64,000 nucleotides of DNA from an uncultured Acidobacteriota bacterium (lineage in GTDB: Bacteria; Acidobacteriota; Vicinamibacteria; Vicinamibacterales; UBA2999), in the NCBI GenBank assembly GCA_963827515.1, contig CAWHBF010000021.1:290067-354066 (forward strand). The letters are read 5' to 3'. The notes below the pieces were generated by a model. The model was not told the origin of the DNA. It saw nothing but the letters and a program-made list of their open reading frames with translations, and ran no database searches. Below, piece after piece: positions 38,652 to 48,142 of this stretch (position 1 is the stretch's first letter; every line of letters starts with the position of its first letter). The position numbers and the translations under genes were made by a program.

Positions 38652-38759
38652 CTAGTCTTTGGTCTTTAGGCTTTGGTCTTTGGTCTTTAGCTTTGGTCTT
38701 TGGACCCGAGACTGGGACGAAAGACTAGAGACCAGAGACCAGAGACCAGCCAAGACCAG
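38652..38759 (+). repeat. heptad-periodic hairpin: (TTTGGTC)~7, loop, (AGAGACC)~4
   Basis: ctagtc tttggtc tttaggc tttggtc tttggtc tttagc tttggtc tttggac ccgagactgggacg aaagact agagacc agagacc agagacc agccaag accag. The right arm ends at the infC GGAGG. Confidence 0.8.
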
Positions 38760-38770
38760 CGGAGGATGAT

Positions 38771-39370
38771 ATCGCTTTCGACCGTTCGCCCCGACGTGAC
38801 GACCGTGTTCGCACCAATGAACGCATCCGAGTTCGAGAGATCCGGGTCATTGACGAAACCGGACAACAGCTCGGCATCATGCCTCCGCCACAAGCGCTGG
38901 TTATCGCAAAGCAGAAAGGCCTCGACCTCGTCGAGATCTCTCCGACCGCGGTGCCACCGGTCTGTCGGATCATGGACTTCGGCCAGTACCAGTACCAGGA
39001 GCAGAAGCGTGCTCGGGAGGCCAAGAAGCACCAGCGGGTGATCGAGGTCAAGGAGATCAAGTTCCGGCCGAAGGTCGATGTGCATGACTACGACTTCAAG
39101 AAGAAGCACATCGAGCGCTTTCTGGCTGAGGGCGACAAGGTCAAGGCGACGATCTTCTTCCGTGGTCGAGAGATGGCGCACCCCGAGATCGGGCGGCGCA
39201 TTCTCGAGCGACTGATTGCGGAACTTGCCGACGTGGCCATCGCGGAGACGATGCCCCGGCAGGAAGGCAACCAGATGCACGTGATCCTCAGCCAGAAGGC
39301 TGGGCGCAAGGTTGCGAAGCCGCGGCCGGCGGACGCACCGAAAGAAGCGGTCCCGGCGCCGGAAGAGTAG
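38771..39370 (+). CDS. infC: translation initiation factor IF-3, probable AUC start codon
   Basis: The frame is open from 38729. It encodes conserved [60 protein letters not shown] upstream of the first ATG (38879). The only start-like codon is ATC 38771, 6 nt after GGAGG. Confidence 0.8.
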   Translation: MAFDRSPRRDDRVRTNERIRVREIRVIDETGQQLGIMPPPQALVIAKQKGLDLVEISPTAVPPVCRIMDFGQYQYQEQKRAREAKKHQRVIEVKEIKFRPKVDVHDYDFKKKHIERFLAEGDKVKATIFFRGREMAHPEIGRRILERLIAELADVAIAETMPRQEGNQMHVILSQKAGRKVAKPRPADAPKEAVPAPEE

Positions 39371-39423
39371 ATGCCCTGAGGCGAGGCAAGTGCAAAGTTC
39401 AAAGTACCAGAAGTGTTAAGTGC

Positions 39424-39490
39424 CTAGAGCCCAGAGCCCAGAGCCCAACTAAAGACTAGAGACCAAAGACTAACAAGAGACTAGAGAGAG
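39424..39490 (+). repeat. heptad-periodic A/C/G-rich leader, single arm (ccagagc x3, gagacca, aagacta ...)
   Basis: ctagagc ccagagc ccagagc ccaacta aagacta gagacca aagacta acaagag actagag agag runs up to the rpmI ATG. No complementary GGTCT arm nearby. Confidence 0.7.
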
Positions 39491-39688
39491 ATGCCAAAAC
39501 TCAAGACACATCGCGGCGCGGCGAAGCGCTTCAAGAAGACCGGAACCGGAAAGATCGTTCGGGCCAGCGCGTTCAAGCGCCACATCCTGACGAGCAAGAC
39601 CACGAAGTCGAAGCGACAGATGCGGGGCACGCGTCAGGTCGCCGACGAGGACGCGCCGAAACTGCGGCGCATGTTGCCGTACAAATAG
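39491..39688 (+). CDS. rpmI: 50S ribosomal protein L35
   Basis: [43 protein letters not shown]. Confidence 0.95.
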   Translation: MPKLKTHRGAAKRFKKTGTGKIVRASAFKRHILTSKTTKSKRQMRGTRQVADEDAPKLRRMLPYK

Positions 39689-39759
39689 GCGGGCGGCCTT
39701 CGGGCTGCTGATCCAGTACATGTCGAGTCGGACTACGGTCCGTCTGTCAGAGGAATGAG

Positions 39760-40131
39760 ATGCCGAGAGTCAAACGAGGAACAGTTCGCCGCGCCAAGCG
39801 TAAGAAGCTGCTCACGCGCGCCAAGGGTTTTTACCAGACCAAGAGCAAGCTCTACCGCGCGGCCAAAGAGGCGGTCGATACCGCCGGGAAGTACGCTTTC
39901 GTCGGTCGGAAGAACAAGAAGCGCGAGTACCGGCGGCTCTGGGTCGTCCGCATCAACGCGGCGGCACACGAGAACGGGCTGAACTACTCACAGCTGATGC
40001 GCGGACTCAAGGCGGCGGGCATCGAGCTCGACCGCAAGATGCTGGCCGACATGGCCGTCACCCAGTCCGCGGCGTTCGCCCAGGTGGCGGCGCAGGCCAA
40101 GGCCGCGCTTCCCGCCCCGGCGAATGCCTGA
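39760..40131 (+). CDS. rplT: 50S ribosomal protein L20
   Basis: [39 protein letters not shown]. Confidence 0.95.
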   Translation: MPRVKRGTVRRAKRKKLLTRAKGFYQTKSKLYRAAKEAVDTAGKYAFVGRKNKKREYRRLWVVRINAAAHENGLNYSQLMRGLKAAGIELDRKMLADMAVTQSAAFAQVAAQAKAALPAPANA

Positions 40132-41215
40132 CGCTACCGATCGCTCCACCGTGGACGCGCTGCGCGCGGACTTCCGCGCGCGGCTCGCCGCCGCCTCCTC
40201 CGATCGCGACCTCAAGACACTGAACGACGAGTTCCTGGGCCGGAAGAGCGGCTCGGTGACGACGCTCCTCAAGAGCCTCTCCTCGATCCCCGCCGACGCC
40301 CGGCGCGAGTTCGGCCAAGGCGTCAACGCACTCAAGACCGAGATCGAATCGGCGCTCGACGACAAACGCGCAGCGCTGGCATCGTCGCGGCCGCCGGCCG
40401 GCGCGGTCGATGTCACGCTCCCGAGCCGTCAGATCCCGCTGGGACGCGTGCATCCGCTGATGAGAGTCAGGCAGCAGGTCGAGGACATCTTCGCCAGGAT
40501 GGGCTACGAGATCCTCGAGGGCCCCGAGGTCGAAGACGACTACCACAACTTCGAAGCGCTCAACATGCCGCCGGATCATCCCGCACGCGACATGCAGGAC
40601 ACGCTGTACCTCGACGCGCCGATTGTCGGCGGCACATGGGGCGCCCACACGGGACGGCTGCCCGAGGCGCAGGTGCGCGCCGCCACGCTGCTGCGCACCC
40701 ATACGTCCGCGATGCAGATCCGCTACATGAAGACGTTTCCGCCGCCCGTGCGGATCATCGTCCCTGGCCGCGTGTACCGTCGTGACAACCTCGACTTGAG
40801 CCACACGCCGATGTTCCAGCAGTTCGAGGGGCTCGTCGTCGGTCCCGGCATCACGCTCGCCGATCTCAAGGGCACTTTCGAGGCGATGCTGAGAGCGCTC
40901 TTCGGCGACGTCAAGGTGCGCCTGCGTCCCAGCTTCTTTCCGTACACCGAGCCCAGCGCCGAAATCGACATGAGCTGCCAGAGCTGCGCCGGCCGCGGAT
41001 GCGGCACCTGCAAGCAGAGCGGGTGGATCGAGATCCTTGGCAGCGGCATGGTGCACCCGGCGGTCTTCGAGGCTGTCGGCTACGACCCAGAACAGGTTAC
41101 CGGCTTCGCGTTCGGCATGGGCATGGAGCGCGTCGCGATGCTGAAATACGGCGTGGACGACATCCGCCTGTTCTATGAAAACGACCTCCGCTTCCTGGAG
41201 CAGTTTCCCGCGTGA
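40124..41215 (+). CDS. pheS: phenylalanine--tRNA ligase alpha subunit
   Basis: 363 aa with class II motifs (...[11 protein letters not shown]..., FRRD-like [31 protein letters not shown]). Confidence 0.95.
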   Translation: MPDATDRSTVDALRADFRARLAAASSDRDLKTLNDEFLGRKSGSVTTLLKSLSSIPADARREFGQGVNALKTEIESALDDKRAALASSRPPAGAVDVTLPSRQIPLGRVHPLMRVRQQVEDIFARMGYEILEGPEVEDDYHNFEALNMPPDHPARDMQDTLYLDAPIVGGTWGAHTGRLPEAQVRAATLLRTHTSAMQIRYMKTFPPPVRIIVPGRVYRRDNLDLSHTPMFQQFEGLVVGPGITLADLKGTFEAMLRALFGDVKVRLRPSFFPYTEPSAEIDMSCQSCAGRGCGTCKQSGWIEILGSGMVHPAVFEAVGYDPEQVTGFAFGMGMERVAMLKYGVDDIRLFYENDLRFLEQFPA

Positions 41216-43276
41216 GGATTCAGTTCTCCTGGCTGCGCGAGTTCGTGGACGTGCCCGGGTCTCCCGCAAGCGTGGCGCAGACGATGTCCGTGCGCGGATT
41301 CGCCGTCGAAGGAATCGAAACGCTCGCCGACGGCGATGCCGTGCTCGACTTCGAGATCACCGCCAATCGCCCTGATTGCCTGTCCCTCATCGGCATGGCG
41401 CGCGAAGTGGCGACGGCGTACGACCTGCCGTTGCGTGCGGCGGGTCGTCCTCCAGTTCCGGCGGAGTGCCGCCGCAGGCGGACTTCGCCGATTCGAGCGG
41501 CACCCGCCGCGATCACCATCACGATCGAAAACCCCGACCTCTGCCCTCGCTACGTGGGTGCGGTCGCCGACGTGAATGTGAAGCCATCCCCGGCCTGGAT
41601 GCAGGCGCGCCTGCACGCCGCCGGCGTGCGACCGATCAACAACATCGTGGACGTCACCAACTACGTCCTGCTCGAGCTCGGCCAGCCCATGCACGCCTTC
41701 GACCTCGAGGCGCTGGCCGACGCGACGATTCGCGTGCGAACCGCGATGCCCGGCGAACGGATCCGCACGCTGGACGGTCAGTCGCGAGAGCTGTTGCCGG
41801 AGATGCTGGTCATCGCCGATGCGAAACACGCCTCCGCGATCGCCGGTGTCATGGGCGGCAGCAACTCCGAGGTCACGAACGCGACGAAGACCATCGTGCT
41901 CGAGAGCGCTTACTTCGACCCTCGCTCCGTTCGCCGTACCGAGCAAGAAGCTCGGACTGCGTAGCGAAGCCAGCATGCGCTTCGAGCGCGGGGCGGATCC
42001 GGGACTGCCCGCGATCGCCATGGCACGGGCGTTGGCCTTGCTCGAGGCGATCGACGCCGGCCACGGTCGAGGCGCCGTCGTCGACTGCTACCCGAATCGC
42101 CGCGATCCGCTGCGCCTGCGCCTCCGCCGCGCCAGGATTGCCGGCCTGCTGGGTGCCGCGCTGCCGGATCCCGACGTCCGCCGGATCCTCGACGGCCTCG
42201 GCTTCACGCTGCACGACGTCGCCGACGGTTGGGACGTGGATGTACCGACGCGACGCGTGGACGCGCTGCGCGAAGTCGATCTGATCGAGGAGCTGGCGCG
42301 CCACTATGGGTTCGATCGGCTGCCCGTGACGTTTCCGTCGCTGGACTCCGCCCCGCGACCACTCGATCCTCGCATCCTGCAGGCCCGTCACCTCCGCGCG
42401 ATCCTGACCGCGGAAGGGTTTCACGAAGCGGTGACGTTCGGCTTCATGGCACAAGCAGCGGCAGCGCGCTTCGCGGCTGAGTCGGATGTCGTCGCCATCG
42501 CGAATCCGCTGTCGGAAAACTTCGCTGTCCTGCGTCCGTCGGCGCTTCCGGGACTGATTGACGCCGTGGCGCACAACCGGCATCGCCAACAGCGGGACGT
42601 CCGGCTGTTCGAGATTGGGGCGCGATTCTCGCGAACCACCGGTGAGCGTCGCGCCGTGGCGTGCGTGTGGACCGGCGCCGCCGCGCCGAGTCACTGGGCT
42701 GGCGGCGCGCGCGACGTCGACCTCTTCGACATGAAGGGTGTTGTCGAGCGCGTTTGTGAGGCGGCAGGCGCATCGATTGACTCGACGTCCGCATGCCGTG
42801 AGCCGTGGCTGACGCCCGGTCGATCCGCTGAGGCGCGCGTGAACGGCACACGGGTCGGACTCTTCGGTCAGCTCGCGGCTGATGTGGCCAGCGCCCACGG
42901 GCTCCCCGCCGATCCGGTCTATGTGGCCGAGATCGATCTGGACGTCATCGAAGCTCTCGGGCGGTCAGGTGATCTGCGCGTGGAGCCACTGCCGCGATAC
43001 CCATCGGTCACGCGCGATATTTCCGTGCTCGTCGACGACACGCTCGCCGCAGCCGACGTCCGTGCGACAATCCATGGCGCGGCGCCGAACACGCTGGTTC
43101 GAGTGGTTGAGTTCGATCGGTACCAGGGCGCGGGTGTCCCCGAGCTCAAGGTGAGTCTGTCGATCCGCCTGACGTTCAGATCGGCCGAGAGAACCCTCAC
43201 CGACTCCGATGTCCAGATTGCGATGGAACAAATATTATCCGCGCTAAAAACCCGTCACGGCGCGGTCCAACGCTGA
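41212..43276 (+). CDS. pheT: phenylalanine--tRNA ligase beta subunit, frameshifted at ~41941
   Basis: [14 protein letters not shown]...ANRPDCLSLIGMAREVA... runs in frame 1 until ...FDPRSVRRT. It continues as SKKLGLRSEASMRFERGADPG... in frame 2 (ORF 41819-43276). Skipping g41941 joins the two parts. Confidence 0.85.
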
Positions 43277-43284
43277 CAAAACTC

Positions 43285-43608
43285 GTGCTACCATTCGGCT
43301 CTATGGCTACTCCCCTCGCAGAAGCGGCAATCATGACAAAACAGGTAATGATGCGTACGCCCGATCTCGAGCCGATCGATCGACTCGAGGAAAAGATCAA
43401 GCTCTTGGTACAAATGGTGACGCGGCTTCGTGCGGAGCAGTCGAAGGCGGCTGACGAAAACTCGCGCCTGTCACGCGAAATCGATGCCCTTCGCGGGCGA
43501 TTGTCCGACGCGCAGGGCGCGAGCGCGGAGATCGAGGTCCTCCGTGGGGAACGGGATGCCATACGTGACAGGGTCAGCGAAATGCTCTCGCAGCTGGAGT
43601 CCCTCTGA
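43285..43608 (+). CDS. coiled-coil protein, ZapB-like (cell division)
   Basis: LEPIDRLEEKIKLLVQMVTRLRAEQSKAADENSRLSREIDALRGRL... is a single coiled coil directly upstream of zapA. The start may be ATG 43333. Confidence 0.5.
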   Translation: MLPFGSMATPLAEAAIMTKQVMMRTPDLEPIDRLEEKIKLLVQMVTRLRAEQSKAADENSRLSREIDALRGRLSDAQGASAEIEVLRGERDAIRDRVSEMLSQLESL

Positions 43609-43685
43609 ATCGTTCGAGTGCCCTCAGATGTTCGATCTTCGATCTAGAGTCCTCACTACCCCGACCACGGACTGACGACTGAAGT

Positions 43686-44003
43686 ATGGGAGGCGTCGTG
43701 ACGGTTGAAATTGCCGGCCAACAGTACCCAATCCGCAGCGGCTTGGACGCGAACTACGTGGCGGAGCTCGCCGCCTATGTCGACCAGAAAATGCGCGCGG
43801 CGTCCGACGCGGCGCCGGCGACCGACCGGCTCGGGCTGGCGGTGCTCGTGGCGCTCAACCTGGCGGACGAATACTTCCGCGCGCGCCAGCACGACACCGG
43901 CTTGGGCGGCGCGCTGAACGAGCGGGCGCTCAGACTCGAGCAGCTCCTCGACGAAGCGCTCAAGGGCTCGGAGTCCGTGAAGTTCCGTGAGCTGAGCGCC
44001 TAG
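43686..44003 (+). CDS. zapA: cell division protein ZapA
   Basis: VTVEIAGQQYPIRSGLDANYVAELAAYVDQKMRAASD...LAVLVALNLADEY is a typical ZapA sequence. Confidence 0.85.
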   Translation: MGGVVTVEIAGQQYPIRSGLDANYVAELAAYVDQKMRAASDAAPATDRLGLAVLVALNLADEYFRARQHDTGLGGALNERALRLEQLLDEALKGSESVKFRELSA

Positions 44004-44056
44004 CCGGCTGCAGCAGCTGACTCGACAACTCACGTCGTTTCACAGACTTACACTTC

Positions 44057-44085
44057 TTGACCGGCCCGCAATCGCGGGCTAAGAT
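44057..44085 (+). promoter_or_regulatory. near-consensus sigma70 promoter TTGACC-17 nt-TAAGAT
   Basis: TTGACC at 44057-44062, exactly 17 nt of spacer, TAAGAT at 44080-44085. The predicted TSS near 44092 coincides with the start of the closing stem of the 6S candidate. Confidence 0.55.
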
Positions 44086-44091
44086 CTTCAA

Positions 44092-44278
44092 GCTCCTGCT
44101 TTGCTCGTGATGGTTTTCGGAGGCTCGTCTGAGCCAACGTACAACCCAAGTGAGCCGCGAGGTCGCGTGTTGTGCATGCCTCTGTTGCGAGGAAGCCTGA
44201 AGCGAGACCGATAACAGCGGTTCCACCTGCTTTCGCAGGTTCACTCGACCTCCCCACACGGCAAAGCGGGGCGATTTG
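44092..44278 (+). ncRNA. ssrS: 6S RNA candidate (~187 nt)
   Basis: Non-coding gap downstream of zapA, which is the classical ssrS position. Closing stem CCTGCTTTGC (44095-) pairs with GCAAAGCGGG (44261-), and GGAGG pairs with CCTCC further in. The apical part GCATGCCTCTGTTGCGAGGAAGCCTGAAGC resembles E. coli GCAUGCUCGGUCCGUCCGAGAAGCCUUAAAAC. Dedicated promoter upstream. Confidence 0.6.
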
Positions 44279-44365
44279 TCCTTCCAGCCCGCTCGGCGTC
44301 GGCGACCAGTCACCCGACTCGAGCGTCTTTGTCGCTCCGGTCGTTCGGCAAACGCACCTGATTCA

Positions 44366-45400
44366 ATGACTGCACTCACCACCGCGCCGATCCCTTCGAC
44401 CGACGCGCCTGGTCGCCAGGTGTCCGACCTGGGCGAGCGCGCCTTGATCGAGCGGATCACTGGCCGCCTGGCGATGCCGTCATGGGTGGTAGTCGGGCCC
44501 GGAGACGACGCCGCGGTACTCGAGCCGGAACGGGGCGCGTTGGACGTCCTGACGACCGACGCGCAGGTCGAAGGCGTGCACTTCGATCGCCGGTTCGTGC
44601 CGCCCGAGGCCATCGGGTATCGGGCCCTCGCCGTGAATCTGAGCGATTTGGCGGCCATGGGCGCCAAACCTCGGGCCGTGCTGCTCTCGCTCGCGCTCCC
44701 AGACGCCCTGGACGTCACGTTCCTCGACCGCATGATGGACGGGATGCTCGGGCTCGCCGCCGAACACAACGTGGCGGTGGTCGGCGGAAACATCACGCGC
44801 TCCCTCGGCCCCCTGATGGTGGACGTGACGGCGATTGGAGCCGTCCGCCCGCGGCGGCGAATGACGCGCGACGGTGCCAAGCCAGGCGACGGCGTATTCG
44901 TCACGGGCACAATCGGGAACGCTTCGGTTGGCTTGCACGCGCTCCAGCAGGCCGGGCAGCACCCCTACCCCGCATCAGAGCAACGTTTTCTCCGGCCCGA
45001 GCCGAGAGTAAGAACAGGAATGATGCTTGGGCGCAATCGGGCCGCGTCATCGTGCATGGACCTGAGCGACGGTCTCGCCGATGCCGTGCGTCAGATCGGC
45101 GAGGCGTCGCACGTCGGTATCACGCTCGATGCCAGCGCGCTGCCGATCGATGGCGAGGTCCGGCACTGGCACCAGACACAAGGCCACGACGTCATCGACG
45201 CGGCGATCTGCGGTGGCGAGGACTACGAGCTTCTCTTCACCGTCCGGCCGGCACACCACGGCCGCCTGCGTGACGTGCGCAAGCGGATCGGCGATCTCCC
45301 GCTCACGAGAATCGGCGTCGTGACCAAGGACCGCCGTTTGCTGCTGACAACGTCGGGGAGCCACCGGGAGCTTCCCATGGGATTCGAGCACTTCCGCTGA
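44366..45400 (+). CDS. thiL: thiamine-monophosphate kinase
   Basis: LGERALIERITGRL...GDDAAVLE...TDAQVEGVHF...GYRALAVNLSDLAAMGAKP...CGGEDYELLF. ATG 44366 chosen. Confidence 0.9.
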   Translation: MTALTTAPIPSTDAPGRQVSDLGERALIERITGRLAMPSWVVVGPGDDAAVLEPERGALDVLTTDAQVEGVHFDRRFVPPEAIGYRALAVNLSDLAAMGAKPRAVLLSLALPDALDVTFLDRMMDGMLGLAAEHNVAVVGGNITRSLGPLMVDVTAIGAVRPRRRMTRDGAKPGDGVFVTGTIGNASVGLHALQQAGQHPYPASEQRFLRPEPRVRTGMMLGRNRAASSCMDLSDGLADAVRQIGEASHVGITLDASALPIDGEVRHWHQTQGHDVIDAAICGGEDYELLFTVRPAHHGRLRDVRKRIGDLPLTRIGVVTKDRRLLLTTSGSHRELPMGFEHFR

Positions 45401-46107
45401 TGGCGCTGATCATCTCGCGGTCACTGTGGCGCAAGTTACTGGTGATGGCCATCGCCATGGTGAGCTTCGTGTTCCTCTACGAGGTCGGAACCTTTGATTC
45501 GCTCCAGGTCGCCCGGACCGGTGCCGTGGGTCCAGCGGGTCTTGCGACAGGTACGCGACATCTGTTCACGGCGACTGCCTACTGCAAGGGCACGAAGACG
45601 GCGTCCGGTGTCAACGTGCGAACCGGCATCGCGGCGTCGGACGCGGCGATCCTGCCCGTGGGCAGCGTGGTGAACATCACGACCGGCACGACGAAATACA
45701 ACGGTGTCTACACCATCATGGACACCGGCCCCAAGGTGCAGGGGCGTCTCGTCGACATTTACATGTGGAGCTGTCACGACGCCTTGGCGTTCGGACGGCA
45801 GCAGATCGAAGTCACCGTGCTGAGGCTCGGCTGGAACCCCGGGGATAGCGTGCCGAGCCTCGTGGATCGACTCTTTCGCCGCCGTGAGGCCACACGCGCG
45901 ACAGCCGCGGCGGCCCCTCCCCCCGCACCGGAGCCCGCGGTCATTCTAGAGGAGGACGCTGCCGCCGGAAGCCTCGAGCCGCTGCACTTCGATGCCACGA
46001 GCGCCTCCGCGGTCTCATCCCCGTCGTCAGAAGCGCCAGCGTCCGACTTCGCTCAACCCGAACCGCCGGCCCAGCCAGCCGCGCCCGCTGCGGCGGCCGC
46101 TCCCTGA
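45400..46107 (+). CDS. 3D (MltA-like double-psi beta-barrel) domain protein with low-complexity C-terminus
   Basis: N-terminal TM segment. FTATAYCKGTKTASGVNVRTGIAASDAAILPVGSVVNI...YTIMDTGPKVQGRLVDIYMWS is 3D-domain-like. Confidence 0.7.
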   Translation: MALIISRSLWRKLLVMAIAMVSFVFLYEVGTFDSLQVARTGAVGPAGLATGTRHLFTATAYCKGTKTASGVNVRTGIAASDAAILPVGSVVNITTGTTKYNGVYTIMDTGPKVQGRLVDIYMWSCHDALAFGRQQIEVTVLRLGWNPGDSVPSLVDRLFRRREATRATAAAAPPPAPEPAVILEEDAAAGSLEPLHFDATSASAVSSPSSEAPASDFAQPEPPAQPAAPAAAAAP

Positions 46108-46133
46108 ACATCCGTCCGCGCCGTTCAACTGAC

Positions 46134-46316
46134 GCGCAGGCTAAAGCCTGCGCTCTACGTTTGCGCTGAAGAGCTCGACGGCTGCGTCTACGCCGTGTAG
46201 CGCATGCTAAGCGTGTACGCGTGTAGCGGCACGCTTGAGCGTCGCGGACGCGACAGGCGTGCGACTCGGGTTGGGGCCGGCTGAAGCCGAGCGCACGCTT
46301 CAGCCGTGCGCGGACC
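46134..46316. repeat. cluster of 4-5 degenerate REP-like units
   Basis: gcgcaggctaaagcctgcgctctac; gtgtagcgcatgctaagcgtgtacgc; gtgtagcggcacgcttgagcgtcgcggac; gccggctgaagccgagc; gcgcacgcttcagccgtgcgcggac. Confidence 0.75.
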
Positions 46317-46332
46317 TCAGGGAGCCGGCCCC

Positions 46333-48142
46333 CTACGCCGTGGAAATGGCGTCGCTCGGCAGTTGCGCGCCGGATCGTTCGCGCGCTTCGAACTGCAGTC
46401 GGTAGAGACGATGGTAGATGCCGCGCGCCGCCAGCAGCTCCTGATGCGTGCCAGCCTCGCGCAGTTGTCCCTTGTGCAACACCAGAATGCGGTCCATGTC
46501 CTGGATCGTCGAGAGCCGATGTGCAATCGCGATGCTCGTGCGGCCGCGCATCAGCACCTTGAGTGCATCGCGAATCAGTAGTTCGGTATCCGTGTCCACG
46601 CTGGACGTGGCCTCGTCCAGGATGAGGATGCGCGGATTGAATGCCAGCGCCCGCGCGAACGATAGCAACTGTTTCTGTCCGACCGAGAGGGTCGCACCGC
46701 GCTCCGCAACCGGTGTGGCCAGCCCCAGCGGCAGCCGGTCGACGAACGTGTCGGCGTGCACGGCGGCGATCGCCTCACGAATGGCCTCGTCGCCGATCGC
46801 CGCGTTGCCGAGCCTCACATTGCTCGCGATGGTGCCTGAAAAGAGATGCACGTCCTGCAGCACCAGGCCGAACATCGCCCGCAGGTGCGCGAGATCCATC
46901 GTCGCGAATATCGACACCGTCGATCGTGATCCGGCCCTCCTGCACGTCGTAGAACCGCAGCAGCAGGCTGGCGATGGTCGTCTTGCCCGCACCGGTGGCG
47001 CCCACCACGGCCACACGCTGACCTGGCTCGACGCGGAACGACACGTCCCGCAGCACGGGATCCCCCTCGACGTACCAGAAGGTCACGTGCTCGAACGCGA
47101 TGACGCCTGGCCCCTCCGGCCGAAGGGCACCGGCGACGGACGGCTGGATCTCCACCGGCGTGTCCAGCAGCGCGAAGATGCGCTCGGACGAGGCCATGGC
47201 GCCCTGAAGAATGTTGAACTTCTCGGACATGTCACTGATCGGCCGGAAGAACCGCTGCGCGTACATCAGGAATGCCACCAGCGAGCCGAGCGTGAGCGCA
47301 CCCTCACTCACCCACCACCCGCCGACCCAGAGGATCAACGCCGCAGCGAGGGCGCTGACCATCTCGACCGCCGGATAGAACACCGCGTAATAGAAGATCG
47401 ACCGTATGTTCGCGTCCCGATGCTGTCGGTCGATCTCGTCGAACGCCGCGAAGTCCTGTGCTTCCCTCCGGTACAAGTGCACCGTCGTCATTCCCGTGAT
47501 CCGCTCTTGGAGGAAGGCGTTGATGCGCGCGATCCAGGTACGGACCGTTCGGTACGACTCACGGACGTTGGTCCGGAACCACTGCGTGACGATGGCGATG
47601 AGAGGGAGCACCGAGAAGGCGACGAGCGCGAGACGCCAATCGAGCCAGATGAGGACGCACGTGATACCTGCGAGCGTGAACAGATCGCCGAACACCGAGA
47701 CCACGCCGGACGTGAACAGCTCGTTCAGGACGTCCACGTCGGTCGTCACCCGAGTCATCAAGCGCCCGACCGGATTCCGGTCGTAGTAGCGCAGATCGAG
47801 TCGCTGGAGATGGCCGTGTACCTGCATCCGAAGATCGCGCATGATTCGCTGCCCGATCGTCTGCAGCATCCATGTCTGCAGGTACTCGAGCGTGAAAGAC
47901 CCGACCAGGGTGGCGAGGAACACCACGGCAATCAGACCCAGGCCCGACAGATCACCGGAGGGGATGTACTGATCGATGACGATCTTGGTGAGATAGGGCG
48001 GCGCGAGCTCGAGCGTCGAGTGTCCGACGATCGCTCCAGCAGCCACCGCCACGCTGACTCGATGGGGAGCCAGGTACGTGAGCAGCCGGCGCATCAGCCG
48101 GGCGTCGTATGCCTTGCCGAGAACCTCCTCGTCCTGGCTCAC
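46333..48142 (-). CDS. ABC exporter, fused permease/ATPase (MsbA/MdlB-like), frameshifted at ~46900
   Basis: The TMD plus Walker A ([13 protein letters not shown]) read in one frame up to ...[31 protein letters not shown]...LSVGQKQ...ILILDEATS... continues in ORF 46333-47016. Removing one base at ~46900 joins them. Confidence 0.85.

Noticed and set aside
36558-38759. Heptad tandem repeats considered as a CRISPR array or as a protein-coding repeat.
   Set aside because: The period is 7 nt with no spacers and no cas genes nearby. The arrays are 40-110 nt, intergenic, and arranged as complementary arms. This is incompatible with CRISPR, and they are too short and stop-containing to be coding.
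41212-43276. pheT product (~688 aa after frame correction) is shorter than the ~795-aa E. coli PheT, which could mean a truncation.
   Set aside because: The missing part corresponds to the N-terminal tRNA-binding (EMAP-like) insertion after the B1 segment. The sequence runs continuously from ...AVEGIETLADGDAVLDFEITANRPDCL, and I provisionally treat this as natural domain variation among bacteria, not as damage. I could not verify this without a database.
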